The notes: generated by a model not told the origin, from the sequence alone. Counted from the first letter of the stretch, positions 12,891 to 22,582 are shown. The stretch is DNA of 64,000 bases from an uncultured Veillonellaceae bacterium (GCA_963805085.1 CAWDTA010000001.1:322800-386799); one strand, 5' to 3'. Numbers and translations: made by a program.

Positions 12891-13892
12891 TTAAATAATG
12901 TATAAAATTTGCTTGTTATTAAAATACTTACTTAATTCTTGAGAAAAGAATTCTTTATATTCGGCAAGAGTTTCTTTGGGATAAACATATTTTACATACC
13001 CAAACTGACCAAATTTAAAGGTTCGGTCTTTTTCGTCCATTGGAAGTAAAGTATCGGGGAAAATTTCAAGAATATTATTCTTAGCTGCTGTAGTATAACG
13101 ATGAGAGATTATTTCAAAGGTAATAGGATAGTTACCTAAAAAGTTGCCAATTAGCTCAATTAAAGCTTTGTATTCTGGCTTATTTTCCTTATTCCAAAAC
13201 ACTGGTGCAATAATAATTCCCGTAGGATATCCAGATTCGGCAAGCTGTTTAAGTGCGGCTAACCTTTTATTTAATGAAGAAGTACGATGTTCATAGGCTG
13301 TAATTATAGATTCGATATTTAAACTTAGCCTAATTTCAGTATGATTATTGTGCTCAAGTGCTAACAGACTGTCAACATCAGTATACTTACTTACAAAGCG
13401 AAATCGACCTTGCTTAGTCTTAGCAAAATGAAGTATAGCATCCTCAATCACGTGAGTATAAGGTTCTAATGCCAATGGGTCAGAAGTAGCCGCACCTTCA
13501 AAAATAGTGATCTCTGGTAAACGAGCCTTGATATATTCATCTGCCTTGGCAAATATTTCTTCGGAATTTGCATAAATTTTAATATAGGGACGTTTGCCCA
13601 TCTGCGTATTGAGATAGCAATACTCGCACATACCCATGCATCCACTAACTAAAGGAAGCTGATAATGGGCGGAAGGCTTGCACGTCTGAAACTCACTCAT
13701 CTTTCTAACCCCAATGACCAAAGTATTTTTACCTTGCTGATATTTTGTTGGGGCATCACCTTTTAAAGTTACGCGCGTAGTTTTTTGATAGTGAATAGGA
13801 ATAGATTTTTCTTCAAAAAATTTTTGCAAAGCTTTACCTTTCGGATAGTTTAAAGCTTTTTCTTCAAATACAATCAATTTAGGAATAAACAT
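12891..13892 (-). CDS. splB: Spore photoproduct lyase (radical SAM)
   Basis: CMGMCEYCYL CxxxCxxC motif, FEGAATSDPL and KFGQFGYVKYVY. Start placed at MFIPK after RBS AAAGGTGA; the ORF track extends it to 13979. Confidence 0.92.
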   Translation of the reverse strand: MFIPKLIVFEEKALNYPKGKALQKFFEEKSIPIHYQKTTRVTLKGDAPTKYQQGKNTLVIGVRKMSEFQTCKPSAHYQLPLVSGCMGMCEYCYLNTQMGKRPYIKIYANSEEIFAKADEYIKARLPEITIFEGAATSDPLALEPYTHVIEDAILHFAKTKQGRFRFVSKYTDVDSLLALEHNNHTEIRLSLNIESIITAYEHRTSSLNKRLAALKQLAESGYPTGIIIAPVFWNKENKPEYKALIELIGNFLGNYPITFEIISHRYTTAAKNNILEIFPDTLLPMDEKDRTFKFGQFGYVKYVYPKETLAEYKEFFSQELSKYFNNKQILYII

Positions 13893-14001
13893 GATAGCAT
13901 CACCTTTACTATACAGACAGAAAAGTGGCAGAGGAGCACTTTCTGTTATTTTTATTGCAGTTTTTTCTAGTTTGACCATATGTTTTGCGGTTTATCCCAG
14001 G

Positions 14002-14029
14002 AGGGAAAAAGGACGATTCTAGTGTCCCT
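14002..14029. repeat. Degenerate REP-like hairpin
   Basis: AGGGA-aaaaGGACGATTCTagtg-TCCCT; the loop core resembles GTGACGGTTCT. Confidence 0.4.
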
Positions 14030-14164
14030 AGACTCCATAAAAAAGGAGAGTACTTGTTTCTGTATTGCACTGGTGAGGCGCTTTGGTACTATGTACCAGT
14101 AGGATGGCAAGTGTCGGTATGTTAGAATGAAATTGATATTTGGGCATACTATGGAGGATTGGGC

Positions 14165-14641
14165 ATGAAAGATTTCTTGTTGTTATTTGTAATATTTACT
14201 TCTTTAGGGTGGTGTGGCGTCGCTGGAGCTGAGGCAAATTCCATGGCAGTTACTGTACCTGTGTTTACAAGACATTTTCCTCATTCCAGTTCCGATTTGA
14301 ATGAACACAATCGTGGTTTTGGACTGGAGTACGCATTACGAAAAGATGTTAATCTAACGGCTGGAGTGTTTAATAACAGCTTGCGAAAAGATACCACTTA
14401 TGTAGGCGTTCAATATACGCCATATCGTGTATTTGGGCTACATACGGGCGTTATTGTAGGTCTTGATTTAAGTGGAGGATATGATTCTATCAATCCGATT
14501 AAACCAATAATTGGAGCCGTTCATTTTGCTACTGGTAAAGAGTATCCGATTGGCTTCAATATAGATATACTGCCAGGCGGCTGGAATCGTAATGGGCTGT
14601 ATGGAGCTGCTGCAGCCGTCTCCATGAAGTACTCGTTCTGA
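14165..14641 (+). CDS. Exported, probably outer-membrane beta-barrel protein
   Basis: Signal peptide (MKDFLLLFVIF...AEA), amphipathic beta-strands (NRGFGLEY, TYVGVQY) and a C-terminal Phe. Confidence 0.65.
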   Translation: MKDFLLLFVIFTSLGWCGVAGAEANSMAVTVPVFTRHFPHSSSDLNEHNRGFGLEYALRKDVNLTAGVFNNSLRKDTTYVGVQYTPYRVFGLHTGVIVGLDLSGGYDSINPIKPIIGAVHFATGKEYPIGFNIDILPGGWNRNGLYGAAAAVSMKYSF

Positions 14642-14658
14642 TAATTGTCGCAAGTTAG

Positions 14659-14686
14659 TAGACTGAGTGACGGTTCTGTTTGTCTA
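14659..14686. repeat. REP-like hairpin, type B
   Basis: TAGAC-TGAGTGACGGTTCTGTTT-GTCTA; same motif at 16880, 19225, 19722, 25004 and 25038. Confidence 0.8.
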
Positions 14687-14819
14687 TAGCTTGCATTTTA
14701 AAATGTAATTCAAATAATCCTGAATTTAGTTGCAGTGCGTTTAAGACCATCCAAGCAGATTTGCAAAAGTTATATTTTTGAGTTTAATATTGATATTGCA
14801 CTTATAGTAAGTATATAAA

Positions 14820-14910
14820 AAGGTGATACCGATAAGTGGTCAGCCCCAATAAAGTTAAGTAAGAAAGTTTATCGCCTTAGTTTGGTCGCTTGGGGCGGTT
14901 TACTTTTTTT
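14820..14910 (+). ncRNA. Putative antisense antitoxin RNA
   Basis: Upstream TTGCAC...TATA-like promoter; hairpin AAAGTTTATCGCC...GGCGGTTTACTTT with T-run overlapping the toxin 3' end. Confidence 0.35.
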
Positions 14911-14965
14911 GTAAAAGTACCACGAGAATAATAAAAAGCAACAAGGTTGCGTTTGTCTCATTCAT
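14900..14965 (-). CDS. Putative type I toxin (holin-like small hydrophobic peptide), MNETNATLLLFIILVVLLQKK
   Basis: Strong RBS GGGGGTGA, 21-aa hydrophobic peptide with terminal KK, convergent hairpin terminator; missing from the ORF track. Confidence 0.6.
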   Translation of the reverse strand: MNETNATLLLFIILVVLLQKK

Positions 14966-15059
14966 GGGCTTCACCCCCTTTTAGGGGTAAAATTGACCGC
15001 CTACCGTTTAATGGTAGTACCTAAAAATATTATAGGTTTGTGTATTTTTGTGGAAAACT

Positions 15060-15087
15060 TAGACGGATAAAACCGTCATTTTGTATT
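15060..15087. repeat. REP-like site, type A
   Basis: TAGACGGATAAAACCGTCATTTTGTATT, inverted relative to the site at 14659. Confidence 0.6.
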
Positions 15088-15144
15088 AAAGATGAAGTAA
15101 ATGTGCAAGAGGTGCTTGCACATTTAGCGTGGTATCAACAAATA

Positions 15145-15394
15145 TTCTTATAGCCAAGGGTATTGAGATATTATCAGAAATTGACTGCGTGCGAAATGTA
15201 GTAATAACTTCATAAATTTAAGTTAAAAAATCGCCTAGAGATATGTTTCTAGACGGTTTTTTTGTTTAAATAGTATTCTTTTAAGGAAAATATAGGACTT
15301 TTGAAGGAGTTTATTGTCTTTGTATGGAATTTTATAGGTGGATTATACTTTGTTTAGTGTAAAAATTTAGACGAAGAGAAGCGTCACTTTGTAT
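15145..15394 (+). repeat. Degenerate array unit (eroded rlmD tail, terminator, promoter segment, type A site)
   Basis: GAAATGTAGTAATAACTTCATAAA...TCGCCTAGAGATATGTTTCTAG...TAGACGAAGAGAAGCGTCACTTTGTAT is homologous to units 1-3. Confidence 0.8.
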
Positions 15395-15575
15395 ATTAGT
15401 ATAAAGTGGGCATTGTAGATTTTAATGTAAAATATGAAAATGATTGTTTGAAAAATATTTTGTCCAAGTATGATATTGATGCATTAATTAAAAAACAGGT
15501 GAATAGTAAGAGCCAAAATAGCACAAGGAAAAAAGGAAACAATAAGCATAAATAATTATGCGAGGGAGTGTGAAA

Positions 15576-16589
15576 ATGCAATATTTATCTGAAAATAGTA
15601 TTTATGAAAACATACGAATAACTGTAGTAGAAGCACAGCAAAAAGTATATGCTACAGTTAACTTTGTAATGGTTGAAACTTATTGGAATATAGGGAAGCA
15701 AATATATGAAGCGCAAGGTGAAAATGAACGTGCAGAGTACGGAAAAGGTTTATTAAAGTTTTTATCAGAAAAACTTACGCAAGAATTTGGTAAAGGATAT
15801 ACTGTTACAAATTTAAAATATATGCGTCAATTTTATAATGCTTTTCCAAAACGTCACGCACTGCGTGACCAATTGAGTTGGACACATTATAGAATGCTTT
15901 TAAGGGTTGAAAATGATGCAGCTCGAATGTTCTATTTAGACGAATGCGCAAAATCAAATTGGAGTACAAGACAACTTGATCGACAAATAAATAGCTTTTA
16001 TTATCAGAGGCTGTTATCTAGTCAAGACAAAGATAGCGTGCGAAATGAGATTCAAACACTGGAAAAAGGTATTGATGCCAAAGATATTATTCGAGATCCA
16101 TATGTACTTGAATTTTTAGGATTAGAGCAAACACCTAATCTTTATGAAAAAGATATTGAGCAAGGTTTGATTGACCATTTGCAAAAATTCTTATTAGAAC
16201 TTGGACGTGGATTTTCATTCGTGTCGAGGCAACAACATATTACCTTTGATGGAGAGCATTATTATATTGACCTTGTTTTTTATAATTATATTTTGAAATG
16301 CTTTGTCATTATTGATTTAAAAATCGGTAAGCTGACACATCAAGACATTGGTCAAATGCAGATGTATGTAAATTACTACACAAGAGAACTAATGAATGAG
16401 GGTGATAACCTCCCTATTGGCATTGTTCTTTGCGCTGACAAAAGTGATTCAGTTGTTAAATATACTTTGCCTGAAGATAGCAATCAAATATTTGCATCGA
16501 AATATAAGTTATATATGCCGACAGAGGAAGAACTTAAACGAGAACTTGCAAAAGAACAGGAACTGTTAGAGCTGGAGCAGGAGCTATAA
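15576..16589 (+). CDS. YhcG/DUF1016 family PD-(D/E)xK nuclease-domain protein
   Basis: Motifs YWNIG, LSWTHY, IRDPYVLEFL, LLELGRGFSFVSRQ, IDLVFY, IDLKIG and DIGQMQMYVNY. Confidence 0.9.
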   Translation: MQYLSENSIYENIRITVVEAQQKVYATVNFVMVETYWNIGKQIYEAQGENERAEYGKGLLKFLSEKLTQEFGKGYTVTNLKYMRQFYNAFPKRHALRDQLSWTHYRMLLRVENDAARMFYLDECAKSNWSTRQLDRQINSFYYQRLLSSQDKDSVRNEIQTLEKGIDAKDIIRDPYVLEFLGLEQTPNLYEKDIEQGLIDHLQKFLLELGRGFSFVSRQQHITFDGEHYYIDLVFYNYILKCFVIIDLKIGKLTHQDIGQMQMYVNYYTRELMNEGDNLPIGIVLCADKSDSVVKYTLPEDSNQIFASKYKLYMPTEEELKRELAKEQELLELEQEL

Positions 16590-16743
16590 TAGGTGGAGAT
16601 GAAAATGGTTAATATAATTTACAGGCTACTACCTTCATTAAGTATAGATGAGTAGCAGAAATTGAATTGCATTTGAAGATTTAACATAGGAAGATATTAT
16701 ATAACAAGAAGTTAATGTAGTTTAGAAATGTGAGGGATGAACA

Positions 16744-16887
16744 ATGTATATTTCTAATATCACAATTGAAAATTATAGGAGTTTTAACTCAATTATGGTC
16801 GATTTTCATGAAGGGATTAATCTTTTAATTGGTCAAAATAATGCTGGAAAATCTAATTTATTGCGGGCAATGACAATTATAGACTGA
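16744..16887 (+). pseudogene. Truncated OLD/GajA-type ABC ATPase N-terminus (47 aa)
   Basis: MYISNITIENYRSF...INLLIGQNNAGKSNLLRAM with Walker A; RBS GAGGGA; the stop codon lies inside the REP-like site at 16880. Confidence 0.75.
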
Positions 16888-17342
16888 GTGAAGATTCTCT
16901 TTGTCTGCAGATGTTATCGTCGTAGATCCACCACACGTAGGTTGTGACAAAGCCATCCTAGAAAACTCCGCCCACATGAAACCAAAACGCATCGTCTACG
17001 TATCCTGCAATCCAGCTTCCCTAGCTAGAGATATCGCGATACTATCAGAATTTGGCTACGTAGCAAAAGAAATTCAACCAGTTGATATGTTTAGTGAAAC
17101 AAGTCATATTGAGAGTGTAGCGTTGTTGGAGAAGAAGTAAGAAATGTAGTAATAACTTCATAAAACTAAGTTAAAAATTCGCCTAGAAATATGTTTCTAG
17201 GCGAATTTTTTGTTCTAGATAGTGTCTTTCTGGGGTAAATGGAGGGATTTTGAAGGAGATTTTGTATTTGTATGGAATTTTATAGGAAAATGATGTGTTT
17301 GTTTAGTATGAAAATAAGATAAACAAAACCTTCACCTTGTAT
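16880..17342 (+). repeat. Array unit 1: REP-B + rlmD 3' tail + terminator + promoter-like segment + REP-A
   Basis: Aligns end to end with 19225-19686 and 19722-20187. Confidence 0.92.
16901..17140 (+). pseudogene. rlmD: 3' fragment of RlmD/TrmA-family 23S rRNA m5U methyltransferase, copy 1
   Basis: [25 protein letters not shown] and QPVDMF..TSHIE; only the last ~78 codons are present. Confidence 0.85.
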
Positions 17343-17368
17343 ATTTAATAAAGAGTCTTGAGAAGGGG

Positions 17369-19195
17369 TTGATAATTTATATGTTAAGTGCAAAAAAAAT
17401 TGAGACAGATGCTAAACTTATACTTGAAAATGTTTTAAGCGAAAGTGAAAGTATAGTAAGAAATATTGCTGATAATGATAAGACACCATCATTTGATGGA
17501 TCATTGACATTGTATAAAAAAGAATATGATAAACAAGGACGATTTAGTGAAGAAAAAGAGAATATTATAGGCAGTATTGATATTCAATTAAAAGGGAAAT
17601 ATATAGATGATGAAAATGAGTTGATTAAAGAGAAAATTAGCTATTCTGTAGAAATAAGTGATTTAAAGAATTTTCGTAAAAAAGGGGGTGCGATATTTTT
17701 TGTAGTATATTTTTTGAATAAAGTGAAGTTTTGCATATACCATAATGTATTATTGCCTGTAGATTTAGAAGATATATTATCCAAGGCAAAAGATACTCAG
17801 AATAATAAGTCAATAAAATTAACTCCATTTCCAACAGATGCGGATTCGATGGAGTATATTTTTAAAAATTTTATTATTGATAGTAAGTTACAACATAGTA
17901 CTGCGAATAGTGGATATAAAAATCTGGAATACATAAAATCTGTAGAAAACTTAGTTTTTCGCAAGAATGACATATTAGAAAAAATGGATTTTAATAAAAA
18001 AATATTTAATGTTCCTATATATGCGTATACGCCTTTGAATGATAACGTTTTTCAGCCGTTATCAAAATTTTTTATTGAAGAAATTTTAGTTGAAAAACCA
18101 ATTAATGTCAAAATAGATAGCAAAATATATTATTCTTGTTTGAAAGGGGGAAGAAATGCAACTGAGTACAGATTAAAAATAGGGGAGAGTTTTAATTTAT
18201 TTATTCCAAATAGAAAAGAACATAATTTAGATATTAAATTTGATTGGAAATTTTCTGGAACATTGCAGCAGCGAATAGCTGATTCAGAGTTTCTTTTGGC
18301 ATTATATAATGGGGAAAATCTAGAAATTGAAAATATATTAAATTTCAAAGTAGAAAGCTTAAAAACAATAGAAAAGCAAGTAATTGAACGAGAAAACTTT
18401 TTTTATAAGGAAATTGAAAAATTGTTTCGAAACTTAAATATCTGCAAGGAATTAAATTTTGATACCATGACAAGCGAAGATGAAACAAATTTATTAATAT
18501 TGAAGAAAGCGATCATTGATAAAAACAAAGTGAATATAACAGATGTAAAATATAAGATTGCATTGACGCCTAAAAGAATAAGTAATATGGGATTTAAATT
18601 AGTTATAGAAAAAGAAGGGGGAGATGGTGATGAATATAGAATATATAATTTTTTTGACATTAAATATATGCAACAGCATATACAATGGCGGCAAAAAGGA
18701 AAAGATCCTGTAGATGTACCATTTTGTATTCTTTTAAGAAAAAATGATTTTTTAGAAATAGATAATTTGAATTATAAATTTATAAAAGATAATATATTTC
18801 GTATAGAAAGATACACATTGGATATAGGGGAACATATTAATTGGTATATTATTGAAATGCTTGCTGCTTACGATGAAAAACCTAATAGTCATTTATTGGA
18901 TTGTGCTATTTTTGTTAGCAACTGGCTGGTAAATAGGGATAAATCTAATATCTACTATTTAAATTATTTACAAGCAATTATTAGAAATAGAGATTTTAAT
19001 AAAAATGAAATTGATAGATTGATCGAGATTAAAACTAATAATAGAGAAGCAAGAATTTTAGTAGGTGTTAATATTCTATTAAATTCTTCAGATGCTGAAA
19101 TAAAGTATTGGTTTAATAAAATGTCTGTGATGGAACGAGATGAGTTTAAACAATTTCCGATTTTTAATCTGATAAAAGAAAAAGAAATTTTATAA
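17369..19195 (+). CDS. DUF4365-like PD-(D/E)xK nuclease-domain protein, candidate anti-phage effector
   Basis: N-terminal NDKTPSFDG...IDIQLKG motif; very AT-rich; sits between two array units. Confidence 0.65.
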   Translation: MIIYMLSAKKIETDAKLILENVLSESESIVRNIADNDKTPSFDGSLTLYKKEYDKQGRFSEEKENIIGSIDIQLKGKYIDDENELIKEKISYSVEISDLKNFRKKGGAIFFVVYFLNKVKFCIYHNVLLPVDLEDILSKAKDTQNNKSIKLTPFPTDADSMEYIFKNFIIDSKLQHSTANSGYKNLEYIKSVENLVFRKNDILEKMDFNKKIFNVPIYAYTPLNDNVFQPLSKFFIEEILVEKPINVKIDSKIYYSCLKGGRNATEYRLKIGESFNLFIPNRKEHNLDIKFDWKFSGTLQQRIADSEFLLALYNGENLEIENILNFKVESLKTIEKQVIERENFFYKEIEKLFRNLNICKELNFDTMTSEDETNLLILKKAIIDKNKVNITDVKYKIALTPKRISNMGFKLVIEKEGGDGDEYRIYNFFDIKYMQQHIQWRQKGKDPVDVPFCILLRKNDFLEIDNLNYKFIKDNIFRIERYTLDIGEHINWYIIEMLAAYDEKPNSHLLDCAIFVSNWLVNRDKSNIYYLNYLQAIIRNRDFNKNEIDRLIEIKTNNREARILVGVNILLNSSDAEIKYWFNKMSVMERDEFKQFPIFNLIKEKEIL

Positions 19196-19224
19196 AAGAA
19201 AAAGATGCCTTTTAGTGGGGGGGA

Positions 19225-19686
19225 TAGACTAAGTGACGGTTCTCTTTTTCTACAGACGTTATCGTCGTAGATCCACCACGCGCTGGTTGCGACAAAGCCG
19301 TCCTAGAAAACTTCGCTCACATGAAACCAAAACGCATCGTCTACGTATCTTGCAATCCAGCTTCCCTAGCTAGAGATATCGCGATACTATCAGAATTTGG
19401 CTATGTATCCAAAGAAATTCAACCACTTGATATGTTTAGTGAAACAAGTCATATTGAGTGTGTGGCGTTGTTGGAGAAGAAGTAGGAAAAGTAGTAATAA
19501 CTTCATAAAATTAAGTTAAGAATTCGCCTAGAGATATGTTTCTAGGCGATTTTTTATTTTAAATAGTATCCTTTTAAGGGAAATAGAGGGATTTTGAAGG
19601 GGTTTTTGTCTTTGTATGGAAAGTTATATGTGAATTGTGCATTGGATAGTGTAAAATTTAAGACAAAAAGAACCGTCACCTTGTAT
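19225..19686 (+). repeat. Array unit 2
   Basis: Same organisation and high identity to units 1 and 3. Confidence 0.92.
19252..19485 (+). pseudogene. rlmD: rlmD 3' fragment, copy 2 (not in ORF track)
   Basis: Open frame [42 protein letters not shown]...[11 protein letters not shown]. Confidence 0.85.
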
Positions 19687-19721
19687 TTTTTCCGCTTTAT
19701 GCTTGTTTCAACACGCGGCTA

Positions 19722-20187
19722 TAGACTGAGTGAAGGTTCTCTTTGTCTGCAGACGTCATCGTCGTAGACCCACCACGCGCAGGCTGTGAAAAAGCCGTCC
19801 TAAAAAGCTTCGCCCACATAAAACCAAAACGCATCGTCTACGTATCCTGCAATCCAGCTTCCTTAGCTAGAGATATTGCGATACTATCAGAAATTGGTTA
19901 TGTAGCTAAAGAAATTCAACCAGTTGATATGTTCAGTGAAACGAGTCATATTGAATGTGTGGCGTTGTTGGAGAAGAAATAGGAAATGTAGTAGTAAAAC
20001 TTTATAGAAGTAAGTGAAGAATTCGCCTAGAGATATGTTTCTAGGCGATTTTTTTATTTTAAATAGTGTCATTTATAGAAAAATATAGGACTTTTGAAGG
20101 AATTTTTGTCTTTGTATGGAATTTTATAGGTAGATAATGTATTTGTTTAGTATAGAAATTAAGACAAACAAAACCGTCGCTTTGTAT
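19722..20187 (+). repeat. Array unit 3
   Basis: Same organisation; only 35 bp separate it from unit 2. Confidence 0.92.
19743..19982 (+). pseudogene. rlmD: rlmD 3' fragment, copy 3
   Basis: [12 protein letters not shown]...[12 protein letters not shown]...[11 protein letters not shown]. Confidence 0.85.
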
Positions 20188-20354
20188 TATGTGTTGCTTT
20201 ATCGCTTATTATGATATGGTGTCTTTGTTATTGGTGATTTAGCGCGATCGTTAAAATTTTTTAGAAATAATTAACTTGATGGAGAGCGAGTTTGTTAAAA
20301 AAAGTATAATTATTTTCTGTGATGATGGGATTGTGTTTTAAAATGGAGGGATGA

Positions 20355-21899
20355 ATGAACAACATGGATGATACTCAGATTATAAAAAACATGTATCAAG
20401 GTGAAGCGCGGCGAGATGCAAGTAGCAAAGTAAGAGGATTCTTTTTTCAAGATTTGCTTGCTATAGATGAATTGCTGAGCAAAGAAACTGATTATGTTTG
20501 TATAGAATATATCGAAGATGTGTTTGTAGTTTCTGGAAATACTGCACGCATTATACAGGCTAAATATTATCCTAATTCAACTGTGAAAATGGAGGAAATT
20601 GTAAAAGAACTTTATTATCAATTTGTTCGCATGGAACTTTATGGATATGGTGGAAAAATAATTCCTATACTTGCGATGCATGGGACAAAGATTCCGGTTA
20701 AACCAACATTTGAAAAATTGCAAAGCAAAGACTATATTAATGTTGCACGCGCTGAAAAGCCTTTTGAAATACCTAATCTTGATGATTGGTTAAAAAAGAA
20801 TGTATATTCATTGAAAAAAGAGGATGCACAGAGAATGTGTTTTCAGACCTTTGCTTGGAATGGATCGATGCAAAAATTTTTGGATGAAATGCTTATTATT
20901 AATGATTACGGCACGTTAGCAGAATACCGTAAAAAAATTGCGGAAAAGTTAGTTGGAATTCCATTTGATGGGTGTATTATATCAGAAGAGTTACGGCAGG
21001 AAATTTTATTAGGGCTTGCGATACAGTGTGTTCAAAAGAAATATAATGAGACTTCTGATGAATTAGATAGATTTAGTTCTAAACAATTAGAATATAGTGA
21101 TTTTATAAGCTATTTAGAAAAATGTATATGCATAGAAACAGAAGAAAGTATAGGTGCATATTTAAGTATGGTAACGATGGAATGTTGGGATAGGATTGAG
21201 AAAAACAACACGCAACTGACGCAAGAAAAGATAGACATATTACAATGTATCCGCGATAATACAGCAAATTGGTTGTTTGAACTTGGTAGTACTGCACAAG
21301 GACAATTAAAATTATTAAATACAGTTAGTACAAGAGAAATAAATATGTTTGAAAATTTTACAAAAAAAAGCTGGTCAGAGAGGCACCGATTGGTTTATGA
21401 ACATAGAGATTCAATAGGTACATTCCTACGATATTTATGGAAAATACTTTTATATGTTAATCGAGATTTAATAGGAAAAAATTTTGGTGGAAATGAAATT
21501 GATATAAAGAGGCTGCATCCCAAAGAATATTTTGATGTAAATGAGAACAGATATTTAAAAACTAAATTCTTGAAAGAGGAATCAAACGCAGTAGTTATTT
21601 TGGATTCGCTGAATTTTAGTTACCCTGAAGAATCTCTAAATAATATATTTGCTCGTATGCAGAAAATAAAACCTGAGAAATGGTATATGTCAGGTGCCTA
21701 TAGGGGGCGATATGATTATTCAATGGATGTGAGCGAGATTACGGATGGTAAAAATATTTCATCTCTCAGTCCTGATACATTTCGAATTGAATGCATGAAA
21801 TGTGTAAAGATCGATAGAGAAAAATGGAATAAAGAGGATGATTGTGAAAATACAATTTTTGCAGATCAGTGTATTAAAGAATCTGGAGGAAAAAGATGA
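20355..21899 (+). CDS. Lamassu/ABC-3C effector-like protein with N-terminal Cap4-like PD-(D/E)xK nuclease domain
   Basis: RDASSKVRGFFFQD...EYIEDV...IIQAKY motif; first gene of an overlapping 3-gene operon. Confidence 0.65.
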   Translation: MNNMDDTQIIKNMYQGEARRDASSKVRGFFFQDLLAIDELLSKETDYVCIEYIEDVFVVSGNTARIIQAKYYPNSTVKMEEIVKELYYQFVRMELYGYGGKIIPILAMHGTKIPVKPTFEKLQSKDYINVARAEKPFEIPNLDDWLKKNVYSLKKEDAQRMCFQTFAWNGSMQKFLDEMLIINDYGTLAEYRKKIAEKLVGIPFDGCIISEELRQEILLGLAIQCVQKKYNETSDELDRFSSKQLEYSDFISYLEKCICIETEESIGAYLSMVTMECWDRIEKNNTQLTQEKIDILQCIRDNTANWLFELGSTAQGQLKLLNTVSTREINMFENFTKKSWSERHRLVYEHRDSIGTFLRYLWKILLYVNRDLIGKNFGGNEIDIKRLHPKEYFDVNENRYLKTKFLKEESNAVVILDSLNFSYPEESLNNIFARMQKIKPEKWYMSGAYRGRYDYSMDVSEITDGKNISSLSPDTFRIECMKCVKIDREKWNKEDDCENTIFADQCIKESGGKR

Positions 21900-22582
21900 A
21901 GTGGCAAGAATGCTTTACGCAATACAATTATGAGGCAATGATTTCAACAAATTCTGTAGATAGCACTCGGACATTAGGAATAGAATTTTTTCTTGAATCT
22001 GGAAAAGTTCCTGATGAGTTGAGAGAAGTTTATTTGAGCGAACGAAAAGATGAACTATATTTAGTTCTTCAACCCGATCCAAAAGTAAATATAGAATATT
22101 TTTGTGAATTTTGGGATAGTTCTATTATGGCGTTTATTAATTTTGGAAAATTACCAGGGTATGATCATAATAGTATAAAAAAATTGCGATATAATATTAC
22201 ACAAATTTTATTGCATGGAGAGAAGAAGGATGATAAGGCTGGAGGACGCCCATTGATGGAATGCCCGGCTAGCTTGGCAGAAGAAAAGTCAACCTCTGTT
22301 TCAAGAAAAATATTTTTGAAATGTAAGGCTGATGATGAGTTTGATGAAGAAAGCAGGTTGTTGTTACCATTTTGGTATGATGAATTAGAGGAAAGGGAAC
22401 TTGATTTAAAGGATGAAGAGGCGATTAAAGGCTTTTTGCCTAAAGAAGAAAGATTAAGTTTTATTTTCAAAGAAAAAAGAAAACTAGACAGGAGAGAGAA
22501 AGAAATATTGTCTGATCAATTGAATTTTACGGATGAAGAGTTTGACGCAGTGAAAGGCTGGTTGGAACAATGGCAGCAATAA
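21896..22582 (+). CDS. Probable middle component (LmuC/MC-like) of the three-gene system
   Basis: 228-aa acidic protein; ATGA overlap with the upstream gene and overlap with the downstream ATPase; role inferred from position. Confidence 0.5.
   Translation: MKWQECFTQYNYEAMISTNSVDSTRTLGIEFFLESGKVPDELREVYLSERKDELYLVLQPDPKVNIEYFCEFWDSSIMAFINFGKLPGYDHNSIKKLRYNITQILLHGEKKDDKAGGRPLMECPASLAEEKSTSVSRKIFLKCKADDEFDEESRLLLPFWYDELEERELDLKDEEAIKGFLPKEERLSFIFKEKRKLDRREKEILSDQLNFTDEEFDAVKGWLEQWQQ

Noticed and set aside
16901-19982. 79-aa 'methyltransferase' ORFs as functional stand-alone genes
   Set aside because: The TTG starts come from the REP-like site, there is no RBS, copy 2 lacks the start, and most of the SAM-binding fold is missing.
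16880-20187. CRISPR array or classical integron attC interpretation of the repeats
   Set aside because: The units are ~460 bp with kilobase gene-sized slots. There are no cas genes, no IntI tyrosine recombinase and no RYYYAAC/GTTRRRY attC boxes.
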